DNA of 64,000 bases from Rhizobium sp. Q54 (lineage in GTDB: Bacteria > Pseudomonadota > Alphaproteobacteria > UBA7879 > VGCX01): NCBI GenBank assembly GCA_945870825.1, contig CAMBTM010000001.1, positions 97,618-161,617 of the forward strand, read 5' to 3'. The position numbers and the translations under genes were made by a program. Under the pieces are notes generated by a model, which searched no databases, was not told the DNA's origin, and was given only the letters and a program-made list of their open reading frames with translations. This document shows, one piece after another, positions 19,447 through 28,519 of this stretch. The first letter of the stretch is position 1. Each line of letters starts with the position of its first letter.

Positions 19447-19603
19447 GGGGTTGGTCTCCTTGTTTGATAAATTGTCATGGGCCTACTGTAATGATTTTGA
19501 AGAGGAGATTCAAGGAGTGTCTATGAAACTCTACTCGACACTTTTTGAATCGTTGCCCCCGCCTTGTCATCCCGCATAGCAATTTAATAACTGATCCTTT
19601 TAA

Positions 19604-22600
19604 TTAAATATCTCCACCCTTCCCTAAGGGTTGAAAATATTTCTTTATGATTCCCTTTTCAGCCCAGAGGCCAAATCTACCGGCGGCATAGTTTAGAGCA
19701 ATGGCAGCGAGCCTTGTGGGGGTTAGACTAAGTCCTGTATTAACCAAAAGGGCTGCGGCGTTTCCGCCAATCCTTGCTTTGGATTCTGTTACCCCCAAGC
19801 ATTGAAGTCCTGTGGTTGTCAAGTAAGATGCCCCTGTGGACATCCAGGATCCTGTTGCAAACACAAGGGCGGCGTTACTGGCCATCTTTATGCGATATGC
19901 ATTTTGTTCGCTCACAAGGCCAGAAAGGTGAAGAGTATCGCCGATGGCTTCGGGTAATGCTGCAAAGACAGCACCTGCGAGAGCCGAAGATCCAAGGGTG
20001 GACAAGATATCAACATCACTAGAGAGGATAGGTTCATTATAAGGAACCAAGGCCCTGCCTTCTGCTATCAGGGTTGTATTGGAAGGCATTTCAAGAAGGC
20101 CCCCAAAAGGAACATCTGCTAAATACCGTGATTGAGAGACACTCGAAGGGAGCGTTTGGCTGAGACTGGAAACAGGTTGGATCCCTCCCCCAAAACAGGT
20201 GCTCGTTTGACAGGCTGTCATCATCGCTTGTGACTGAAGATTTTGAAGATAGGATTCCGCTTGGGACCAACTCACATTAGCCATACCCTGAACATTTAAG
20301 TTTTCTAACGTAAGATTAGGCAACCTTAGTAAACTAGGGATGAGGACCTGAGGACCATCAGGACCTGTTGAGCCAATGTTGTTACCACCTAAATTAATAA
20401 ACTGTAAGATATTCATTTGACTAATCCCTTTAGCAAGGGATATTTCCCCATCTTTCCCCCAAAATCCTATGTTATTAAGGGATAGATCCAGATATTGAAG
20501 CTGTGTCAAATCTACCAGACTTTTTCCCAGCTCTGACGAACTAAGACCATCTGTATAGTCGATTCTATTGCTTGAAAGATCCAGAAAAGAAAGATGTTTA
20601 AGTGTTGAAAGTGATTGTGCAATTTTTATGACCCCTCGTGAGTCTATGTTCCCCATTAGATTAACAGACAGATCAAGAAAAGTAAGTTGGGAAAGATTAA
20701 ATAGGGCATCACCCAATGCAACAACTCCATTAGAGTTGATGTATCCCATGGCATTTCCTGATAAATCAAGATAAGTAAGCTGAGTAAGTCCAGAAAGACT
20801 ATTGCAAAAAATAACACTCCCCTCAGCCGTCACTTCCTCCATAGCATTTATAGAGAAGTCCAAATAGGTAAGGTTCTTTAAATGAGAAATTGATTGCCCA
20901 AAAGCAGCTATAGTTGTCCAATCTAGTGTCGCCATATTATTATTTGATACATCAATAGAGGAGAGCTGCAAAAGAATTGATAACCCTTGAAATAAGGCTG
21001 TAATATTATTTGTATCTCCTCCCATTCCTATATCATTCCATGAAAGATTAAGAAAAGTAAGGTTTGGAAGATTCCAAAGTTCTTCTCCTACAGCCGACGC
21101 CCCACCGACACCTAACAAATTATTTGATAGATCAAGAGACCTAATTTCCTTCTTATTTCCCAAACACCCAAACAAAACTTGTACGACGGGGAGTGTTGGT
21201 GATGGAAATATCCCAGAAAGATTGCAGTTTGAACCAGAAAAGCTTTGACAAAAAGTTTTTGCATCATCAACTGATTGAATAATATGCGGCAGTGGAGGCA
21301 CAGCAGCGTGGCTGAGGGCTTGATTAATTTGTCCGATGTCCGCATTCGTAACGGGATTTGGCAAAAATTGGAAATCTGTTAGTTCTTTTAAATTGTACAA
21401 TGATTCTACAAGGGGTTGTAATCCTTCAGACCCTATGAAATTTTGTGAAAGATCAAGAAACGTCATCTGCGTAAGAAATCGCAAGCCTTGACCCAGGGCC
21501 AAAACACCATATGAATCTATCATACCTATACTATTGTAGCCCATGCCCAAGAATTGAAGGCTTTTAAGGTTGGATACGCTGTGCCCCAAGGATTGAGTGC
21601 CACGAGAATCCCAAAGACCTATCTGATTTCCATAAAGATTCAGATATTTGAGGTTCATAATGTTCGATAATCCATTACTAAAAGGTATTGTTCCGTTAGA
21701 ATCTGTCCACTCTATCGCATTAACTGAAAGATCAAGATATTGGAGTTGTTTTAATGACGGAAGGCTTTCACCTAGCGCAGCTGTTCCACGAGAATCCGTA
21801 TAGCCTATGAAATTATTTGAGATATTTAAAAAAACAAGCTGTGTTAGCGCAGAAATTGATTCAGAAAGTCCTATCATTCCCTCAGATCCCCATCTGCCTA
21901 TTTGATTATTGGAAAGGTCCAAAAACCTAAGTTGGGTGAGAAAAGAAATCCCATGGCCAATATTTAATGTGTTATTTTCATTGAGTACCCCAATATAATT
22001 ATCTGATAAATCAAGATGAGTAAGTGATGTAACGTTTGACAAAAGATGGGATAAAAATCGAAGACCATCTGAGTTTCTTCCAATGTTATTATTGGACAAA
22101 TCAAGTTTTTTTATGTCATACAGAAATGGAAAAATTACTTCAAAATCTTCTGGTGTAGTAATACTATTTCCTGAAAAGTCGACAGAAGTAAAAATCACAC
22201 TCTGATTAACTAAGGAGTCCATGATGCTTGCTGCCACTTGGCCAGATACGCCTCTGTTTGAAAGATCAAGATCAATGGTACAATTAGGGAAATAATATTT
22301 ATCTAAGTTTCCAACTAATGTCTCTGCCGGCTGTCCTGGTATCACATTAAAGATCTTCACGGCTGCTTCAAAACATTCTTGACTTAAATCACTCGCCCAA
22401 GGTTCGACTCCCGCCACGCTGACGCCTGGCTGTTCAGGACATTTTTCTGCTTTGAGGAAAGTCTCCACAATAGTCTCAAGAAGTTTTGCGTGCCCATAGA
22501 GTTTCCCCCCTTTAAAAAGAGTGGCAGCTAGAAACTCTTTTTTAGATGTCGGCAATCCCAAAGACCAAAGAAGGTATTTAGCATACATAGCATTCAGTCC

Positions 22601-23947
22601 CGCTTGAAAGAATCCTCTGCCTTCTTTATGTTTATTAAACTCTGCCATGTCCTGGATAAGAGAAAAAGCTTCCTTCTTGATCTGTTTTCTTTTGTCCAGT
22701 GGATCTTGAACAAAAGGTTCTTCTGCATCGTCTCCTGCTTGTTTTATGGAGATGGAATCATTTCCAAAAGCTTTAAGATCTTTTTCATTCAACCCATGGG
22801 CTATGCGCATGACATAAGATAAAGCATTAATAGGGGTATACCCTTGATGACCCTTAACGAGGGCTTGAAGGGTGCCCCACACACTTTCTAAATCATCTGA
22901 ACGAATGGTTGCATTCCAAAGAAAATTCCACACCAATAAATTAAGTCTGTCTCCAATGGGATTGTAATAAGAGGGAAAACACGCTTGAGATATAAAAGAT
23001 GGGATCATCCATCCAACAAGACCCGTTTTAAGGGTAGGTTTTACCTTGCTAATGGTTTGAAGGGCTTCTTGAATAGCATCTGTTGTAATATGACTATCTC
23101 TCGTATCCCAAAGACCCATCCCTGCCCCATAAACAAATGGAACAATCATAAGGAATTTAAGATTCGATAGAACTTCGCTTTGTTTTCCCAACACGTCATG
23201 GAACATTCCCAAAAGAACTTGATCTTCTGAATTTGCTAGGAAGGAAAATAAATCCCTCAAGTCTCTGGAAGAGTCGTAATGCTGACAGGCCAAAGGCGCG
23301 GCTTGATGGAAAAAATTATAAAGCTGATAGGCTGTAAGTGCTGTGATACCAAGGTGGATCGTGTTAAAAATCACAGATTCTGTTCCTTGACGAAACCCAT
23401 CAACAAAGAGGACTCGTTTTCTAGCACTGTTGGAAACGATGGGAAAAGATCCCCCTGATAACCAGACTGGACGAGAGCACCCTTTTTTTTCTAAATGATA
23501 CATATGGGGGCCTCTTAGAACAATTGCATACCCAATACGTTGGAATACGTTATCCACATTGGCCCACCGTAGTTTACCTTTCCAAGATGACGTTTCAATA
23601 TTAAGCACTGGATCTAGATATTCAGATTCACTGAGTCCACTGTCATGGTTAGAAGAAAGGGAAGAATCATCCTTTGTTGTTCCGTAGCCTTGTCGGTTCT
23701 GTTCATCCGAAAGAAGTCGCTGACCTTCTTCGTTTATATCTTTATCAGAGAAATTGATACTTCCTGTCAGTTGTCTTGTAAATGGAAGAACCTCATTTTC
23801 AGGCTGTTCCTCCATGGCCCACGAAACCTGGTTAAGATAAGTCGTACATATGAGGACCAGACAACAGATCCTTTTTATCCAAAGAAAGGGGGTATAATTT
23901 TTAAGACAGATGAATTTTGCTTTCACACATTTTTTTTCTGCAAACAT
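19604..23947 (-). CDS. Large RI-like leucine-rich-repeat protein with signal-like N-terminus and hydrophobic segments (candidate host-interaction protein)
   Basis: About 20 LxxLDLSxNxIG repeats in two blocks; ATG 23947 preferred over TTG 23953 on SD spacing. Confidence 0.85.
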   Translation of the reverse strand: MFAEKKCVKAKFICLKNYTPFLWIKRICCLVLICTTYLNQVSWAMEEQPENEVLPFTRQLTGSINFSDKDINEEGQRLLSDEQNRQGYGTTKDDSSLSSNHDSGLSESEYLDPVLNIETSSWKGKLRWANVDNVFQRIGYAIVLRGPHMYHLEKKGCSRPVWLSGGSFPIVSNSARKRVLFVDGFRQGTESVIFNTIHLGITALTAYQLYNFFHQAAPLACQHYDSSRDLRDLFSFLANSEDQVLLGMFHDVLGKQSEVLSNLKFLMIVPFVYGAGMGLWDTRDSHITTDAIQEALQTISKVKPTLKTGLVGWMIPSFISQACFPSYYNPIGDRLNLLVWNFLWNATIRSDDLESVWGTLQALVKGHQGYTPINALSYVMRIAHGLNEKDLKAFGNDSISIKQAGDDAEEPFVQDPLDKRKQIKKEAFSLIQDMAEFNKHKEGRGFFQAGLNAMYAKYLLWSLGLPTSKKEFLAATLFKGGKLYGHAKLLETIVETFLKAEKCPEQPGVSVAGVEPWASDLSQECFEAAVKIFNVIPGQPAETLVGNLDKYYFPNCTIDLDLSNRGVSGQVAASIMDSLVNQSVIFTSVDFSGNSITTPEDFEVIFPFLYDIKKLDLSNNNIGRNSDGLRFLSHLLSNVTSLTHLDLSDNYIGVLNENNTLNIGHGISFLTQLRFLDLSNNQIGRWGSEGMIGLSESISALTQLVFLNISNNFIGYTDSRGTAALGESLPSLKQLQYLDLSVNAIEWTDSNGTIPFSNGLSNIMNLKYLNLYGNQIGLWDSRGTQSLGHSVSNLKSLQFLGMGYNSIGMIDSYGVLALGQGLRFLTQMTFLDLSQNFIGSEGLQPLVESLYNLKELTDFQFLPNPVTNADIGQINQALSHAAVPPLPHIIQSVDDAKTFCQSFSGSNCNLSGIFPSPTLPVVQVLFGCLGNKKEIRSLDLSNNLLGVGGASAVGEELWNLPNLTFLNLSWNDIGMGGDTNNITALFQGLSILLQLSSIDVSNNNMATLDWTTIAAFGQSISHLKNLTYLDFSINAMEEVTAEGSVIFCNSLSGLTQLTYLDLSGNAMGYINSNGVVALGDALFNLSQLTFLDLSVNLMGNIDSRGVIKIAQSLSTLKHLSFLDLSSNRIDYTDGLSSSELGKSLVDLTQLQYLDLSLNNIGFWGKDGEISLAKGISQMNILQFINLGGNNIGSTGPDGPQVLIPSLLRLPNLTLENLNVQGMANVSWSQAESYLQNLQSQAMMTACQTSTCFGGGIQPVSSLSQTLPSSVSQSRYLADVPFGGLLEMPSNTTLIAEGRALVPYNEPILSSDVDILSTLGSSALAGAVFAALPEAIGDTLHLSGLVSEQNAYRIKMASNAALVFATGSWMSTGASYLTTTGLQCLGVTESKARIGGNAAALLVNTGLSLTPTRLAAIALNYAAGRFGLWAEKGIIKKYFQPLGKGGDI

Positions 23948-24059
23948 TTTCAATGCCCCTCTTTAAAAACACTCTAATTTATCAATAATTTTTTTATACG
24001 TGATGTACTTATAAGTACTCCACAAAAAATAACAAGCTTCTTTAAAAAATAGACTCTAT

Positions 24060-24095
24060 AAAAAAACCACGGGAACCATTGGGACCCGTGGTTTT
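24060..24095 (-). terminator. Intrinsic terminator of the DEAD-box helicase gene
   Basis: AAAACCACGGG...CCCGTGGTTTT stem followed by a U-tract on the minus strand, about 20 nt after the stop codon. Confidence 0.75.
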
Positions 24096-24116
24096 GGTTT
24101 GTGTTAAACAAACGCC

Positions 24117-25655
24117 TTATGGTCGTTGAGGACGCCGTGCGACGGGCTTATCGCTCCATGTTTTTCTGGGTGCTGAACCTGCTGGTCTTTGATCCCGGGC
24201 ATGGTCGCGACTCGGGGTTCTATTGGGGTCTCGACTCGTTGTCCTGTTGGGATCCCGTCCATAGTCCTTTTTTGGGGTCCAGCTACTTGGGGTCCTGTTT
24301 GGATCACGGCTTGGTGCCGCGCTTGGTGCGCGATTCGGATCCCGACTCGGCACTCTATTTGGATCGCGGCTTGTCTCACTGCGTTGGTCCCGGCTGTAAT
24401 CCCGACCTTGGGATCCTTTGCGATCTCCTCTAAAATCTCCACGTGGTTCAGATCTGGGTGCATTCCCTCTGGACTCACTACGGTGATCTCCACCTGGTCC
24501 ACGCCCCCATTTCTTAGGACCACTTCTGCTGGATCCCTTTTTATGATCCCGTGGAGGAGCTTCCATAGGCGTATTGGGATTCATCAAACGGTTAATGGCA
24601 TACCATTTTCCCTTATCCGCAGGCGTCACGAAACAGATGGCCTCACCCTCAGCACCCGCACGCGCTGTGCGTCCAATGCGGTGAATGTAATCCTCTGGAC
24701 ATTGTGGAAGGTCATAGTTAATCACGTGTTCAATATGGGGAATATCAAGACCGCGCGCTGCAACGTCAGTTGCAACAAGAATACGGTATTTACTGTTCCG
24801 GAAGGCTTTGATCACACTTTCGCGCTTGTTATGGCGCAAATCCCCATGAAGGGCATCCGCACTATGATGGTCATCTTTCAAGCGCTTGGCCATCTTTTCA
24901 GCACCATACTTAGTTTTGATGAAGATGATCACGGATCCTTCACGTTTTTCAAGCTGTGTCAAAAGCTGTGGATATTTGTCTACTTCAGACAACGCCACCA
25001 TTTCCTGCTTAATCTTCGCTGCTGGGTTCGAAGTTGATCCAACGGCAATCCGCTCAGGTTGCGTCAAATAAGACTCTGCCAATCGCAGAATATTTTGTGG
25101 CATGGTTGCTGAAAACAACATGGTTTGGCGTTCTTTTGGAAGATGTTTGCGGATCTGTTCAATCTGGATAGAAAAACCCATATCCAACATCCGGTCCATT
25201 TCATCAAGGACAAGGAAATTCGTATCATTGAGTTTCAATGTACCCCGACTCAAATGGTCGTTGATACGTCCAGGCGTTCCAACGAAAAGCCGTGGGTTTG
25301 TCCTGAGTTGTTGGAATTGCTTACCCATAGCTTCCCCCCCAATAATAAGGGCCGTGCGAATAGGACTTGTTTTACCAAGAAGATCCCGAAGCGCCTGCAT
25401 GACTTGGGTAGCAAGTTCACGCGTTGGTGTAATAACCAAGGCAGAACCCTGGGGGTTCGCCAAAAGTTTTGCAACCAGTGGAATCCCAAAAGCTGCAGTT
25501 TTGCCGGTTCCTGTTTGGGCAGAACCCAAAATATCCCGGCCTTTTAAAGCCAAAGGAATGGCTGCAACCTGAATAGGGGTTGGTGTTTTAAACTGTAATC
25601 GATCAAGCGATTGCACGAGAGATTCTGGCAGTCCAAATGAGTAAAAATCGTTCAT
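24117..25655 (-). CDS. DEAD-box RNA helicase (RhlE/DeaD-like) with repetitive C-terminal tail
   Basis: AQTGTGKT, PTRELA, TPGR, DEMD, SAT, ARGLD, HRIGRTAR. Confidence 0.95.
   Translation of the reverse strand: MNDFYSFGLPESLVQSLDRLQFKTPTPIQVAAIPLALKGRDILGSAQTGTGKTAAFGIPLVAKLLANPQGSALVITPTRELATQVMQALRDLLGKTSPIRTALIIGGEAMGKQFQQLRTNPRLFVGTPGRINDHLSRGTLKLNDTNFLVLDEMDRMLDMGFSIQIEQIRKHLPKERQTMLFSATMPQNILRLAESYLTQPERIAVGSTSNPAAKIKQEMVALSEVDKYPQLLTQLEKREGSVIIFIKTKYGAEKMAKRLKDDHHSADALHGDLRHNKRESVIKAFRNSKYRILVATDVAARGLDIPHIEHVINYDLPQCPEDYIHRIGRTARAGAEGEAICFVTPADKGKWYAINRLMNPNTPMEAPPRDHKKGSSRSGPKKWGRGPGGDHRSESRGNAPRSEPRGDFRGDRKGSQGRDYSRDQRSETSRDPNRVPSRDPNRAPSAAPSRDPNRTPSSWTPKKDYGRDPNRTTSRDPNRTPSRDHARDQRPAGSAPRKTWSDKPVARRPQRP
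24195..24385 (-). repeat. Imperfect coding tandem repeat (S/G)RDPNRx(P/T), five copies
   Basis: Translation SRDPNRVP-SRDPNRAP...SRDPNRTP...GRDPNRTT-SRDPNRTP; boundaries approximate. Confidence 0.8.
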
Positions 25656-25659
25656 AATA

Positions 25660-25990
25660 TAATCCTTTATGGTTTAAGAAATTCTTGGCCTTTTAAAAAC
25701 CAATCCTAAAAGAAGAATCTCTTGGGGGTTATTTTTTAAATGTTATGGGGTTGAAAATAGATGTCCCTTGTCGGGCTGTTATAAATTGCATGCACAATGC
25801 ATGGTGTTCTCCTTTATTCAAACACGGTTACAATAAGAGTCATCATCCAGGGCTTTAAAGCCTTTTGTGTACTCTTAATCCTAGCCGCTTTGATCATCCT
25901 TTCGGAGATCCTTTGCCCTTCTTATCTCGAAGAAGAACTCTCACTTTGAGAGTCGCAAATGAAAGAGTAATAGAGAACTCATGAAAGGAA
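25660..25990 (-). promoter_or_regulatory. Long structured 5' leader of the helicase, with several hairpins and a 7-codon uORF
   Basis: Stems at 25937-25953, 25918-25935, 25892-25910 (GAAA loop on minus strand), 25834-25877; SD plus MHCACNL at 25779-25802. Confidence 0.45.
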
Positions 25991-26119
25991 TATAGGTGGT
26001 ATGAGAGGAAAAATCAAGGGGCGATACGTTATACTCCTCATGCTTCAAGTTCTAAGTTTGAACCATGAAAAGTATAAGCCCCCTGGAATAGGGGAAAAAT
26101 GCCTATATTCCTGAGACTT

Positions 26120-27769
26120 TTAAAGACTTGGCCTGTCAGGACGTAGGGGATTTTCTTCTTCTGGCAAATGTTCTCCTTGGATTTTCTCAAAGAACAGACT
26201 GACATCTTCTTTAAGCGATCTGGCCAATTGATTGACCCGTGACCCAGCCTTGCTAAAAAGTTTTGCAACCTCAAGCGTATCATCCTTGGTACGAAGCAAA
26301 CTATTAAAACGCAGCCCTAATGTTTGGGACTCCACAGCACCTTCATGGGCCAAGGAAAGGACGTGGGCCAAAGACTCTTTCAAAGAATCGAGTGTTTTTT
26401 TAGATACTTTAGCTGGATTTTTCTCAACTTGTTTTATAAGGGTTTCTAACGTCTTATGCATCTCCTCACATCCATGAACCATGTGGCGAAAATGAATACG
26501 ACTTTCATCATTAGCCATATAAATAGACGTAAATTTTTTGTCAAAGATGGTTGGGATTTTTGCAATATCTGCAGACACTTTCCCCAATTCCACAGCAGAA
26601 CTTGCAAGCATATTGAGTTTACTTTCAATGCGCTGATTATCTTCTTTAAGGGTCGTTTGGAAATTTGTCCTTAATTCTTTGGCAATATGGTTCTTAAGGG
26701 CATCAACCGCTTCCAAAATATCTTGGATTTCTTGAAAGCTTTTCTTAAAAGAATCTCTTTCTTGGGCATTAATGTTTGTTAAAACAGTGGCAAGGCGCGT
26801 CAAAGGTCTTTGGACCTTAAACAAAAGAATCATTAAGAACAGAATAACCATTAACATCATCATGGCGGAAGAAAGAAGACTATTGCGTTTAAGTCCCTTG
26901 CTTTCTTTGTAAACATCTTGAAACACTTCTTTTTGATTTTCTTTCAAGGCAAGGGTCAAATCATTGATAAAATTCACAAAAAGCTTTTCTTGTTGCAACA
27001 GATTATCGACCAATTTTGGTCTTTCCAGTAAATGATCCTTCATCTGGTGAATGGCGGAAAAGTAATTGATTACAAGGGTTTGAAAGCGTTCAATTTCTCC
27101 ATGAAAATCGGGTCTATGATCCGTTAACGGCAATAACGCTGCAAGCGTTATGGTGACAGATTCCATCGGTTTATTAAGGGCTTCAAAATCCTGGGCTTTG
27201 TAAGAAGGCTTTGCAAGAATCTCCACAAGATAGGTATTAATAGCGTGGATCCCCCCTATAAGAGACTGAAGGTGTGTTTGTTCTTGGGGTTTTTGGGCAA
27301 AAGACTTTACCTCTTCCAAAATATCCACGATGGGCTTGACCGATTTTGTTGTCAGTGTTCCCTTAAGGGTGTCAAAGCTTTTGGCGCTGACCAGAATAGA
27401 CTTTATTCCAGCACTATAGGCGTCATGAAGATCCCGCAGGGTCTGATAGGCACTTTTCCATTCATCACTAGGCCCAAGGGTTTTAAGCCGCTCTACATGA
27501 GTATTAATAGTATCATCCATTTCCATAATGTTACTGATGGCTTCTTCTGTTTCATAAGAGATGTCTTGAACCAGTTCATGAGATCGATCCACCATATTGG
27601 CCAAATCTTTAAGGAGTTTGTCCTGCTCGATAGATTGACCGTAATGATCAAGACCAGACCCCGTGATGTGATTGGGGTCCACGATCATATAGATCTGAAC
27701 GATAAACAGAATGCTTAAGAAAAGCCCAAAACTGAGAATTTGTTTTTTTATGGAATTGCCGAAAATCAA
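26120..27769 (-). CDS. Two-TM coiled-coil protein, degenerate chemoreceptor-like
   Basis: TM1, helical periplasmic region, TM2, HAMP-like RPLTRL, heptad repeats and an MCP-like end (LARSLKEDVSLF); no signalling-tip motif. Confidence 0.5.
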   Translation of the reverse strand: MIFGNSIKKQILSFGLFLSILFIVQIYMIVDPNHITGSGLDHYGQSIEQDKLLKDLANMVDRSHELVQDISYETEEAISNIMEMDDTINTHVERLKTLGPSDEWKSAYQTLRDLHDAYSAGIKSILVSAKSFDTLKGTLTTKSVKPIVDILEEVKSFAQKPQEQTHLQSLIGGIHAINTYLVEILAKPSYKAQDFEALNKPMESVTITLAALLPLTDHRPDFHGEIERFQTLVINYFSAIHQMKDHLLERPKLVDNLLQQEKLFVNFINDLTLALKENQKEVFQDVYKESKGLKRNSLLSSAMMMLMVILFLMILLFKVQRPLTRLATVLTNINAQERDSFKKSFQEIQDILEAVDALKNHIAKELRTNFQTTLKEDNQRIESKLNMLASSAVELGKVSADIAKIPTIFDKKFTSIYMANDESRIHFRHMVHGCEEMHKTLETLIKQVEKNPAKVSKKTLDSLKESLAHVLSLAHEGAVESQTLGLRFNSLLRTKDDTLEVAKLFSKAGSRVNQLARSLKEDVSLFFEKIQGEHLPEEENPLRPDRPSL

Positions 27770-27862
27770 GTTTATCTGCCTTTTTTAAAGAAATGTCCCA
27801 CCATTGCTGGATGCATTATTCTTCATTATAATGAAACCAAAACTAACGAGGATAATATCACT

Positions 27863-28519
27863 GTGTTAACCAAGCGGCAACATGAACTTCTGGCTTTTCT
27901 GGTGGATTATCAAACACGCAATGCCCTTTCTCCCTCTTATGAAGAAATCTGTCGCGCCCTTAAACTACGGTCTAAATCGGCAGTGCATGGTCTCGTGAAT
28001 GGTCTTGAAAAACGAGGGTATTGCAAACGTTTCCCCAACCGTGCCCGGGCGATTGAAATTTTGAAAACGGTGGATAGTGATATGGCGGCACTGGGGACTC
28101 TTTCTCCCTCTTCTTCGTCATCGGATGTTCAAGTCATCCCTTTCTTTGGGATATTGGGTTCTGTGGGATCTCTTTCCACTATGGACATGCCCCAAAGAAC
28201 AGTGAACGTTTTGAAAGAGTTTTTGCCTGAGGGAGATCTAAAAGCGTTTGAGGTCCAAGGAGATTTCTTAAAAGACTGGGGTATCTTGAACGGGGATCAG
28301 GTTATTTTTCAAGCGACCACTGAAGGGATGCATGACATGGTGATGCTTGTGTCCATCGACCAGAAACTCATGCTGCGCAAATGGGTGAATGAGGGCCATC
28401 GCGTCACCCTTAAAACCGCCAATCGCTATATGATTCCAGAGATTCATTTTAAGGAACAGGTGAAGGTCCATGGGAAGATGGTGTTTTTATGGCGGAGTAT
28501 TAAATATCCTTTAAGCTAA
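27863..28519 (+). CDS. lexA: LexA-family repressor with inactivated autoprotease domain
   Basis: GTG start after GAGGA; LTKRQHELL, PSYEEI, SKSAVH, LEKRGY, PNRARAIEI; S24-like C-terminal domain with substituted catalytic residues. Confidence 0.85.
   Translation: MLTKRQHELLAFLVDYQTRNALSPSYEEICRALKLRSKSAVHGLVNGLEKRGYCKRFPNRARAIEILKTVDSDMAALGTLSPSSSSSDVQVIPFFGILGSVGSLSTMDMPQRTVNVLKEFLPEGDLKAFEVQGDFLKDWGILNGDQVIFQATTEGMHDMVMLVSIDQKLMLRKWVNEGHRVTLKTANRYMIPEIHFKEQVKVHGKMVFLWRSIKYPLS

Noticed and set aside
24195-24385. CRISPR-like periodicity
   Set aside because: In-frame coding repeats without unique spacers; no cas genes.
24189-25037. 282-aa plus-strand ORF and other ORFs overlapping the helicase gene
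   Set aside because: Antisense or alternate-frame shadows of a GC-richer repetitive gene; no recognisable motifs.
25870-25920. c-di-GMP-I riboswitch call
   Set aside because: The GACGC element and second stem do not fit the consensus; kept only as part of the structured-leader finding.
27740-27862. N-terminal extensions given by the ORF track for lexA (also secA, rnhA, rpmJ, ygfZ, pssA and the LysR gene)
   Set aside because: Longest-ORF artefacts; family homology and SD sites point to downstream starts.
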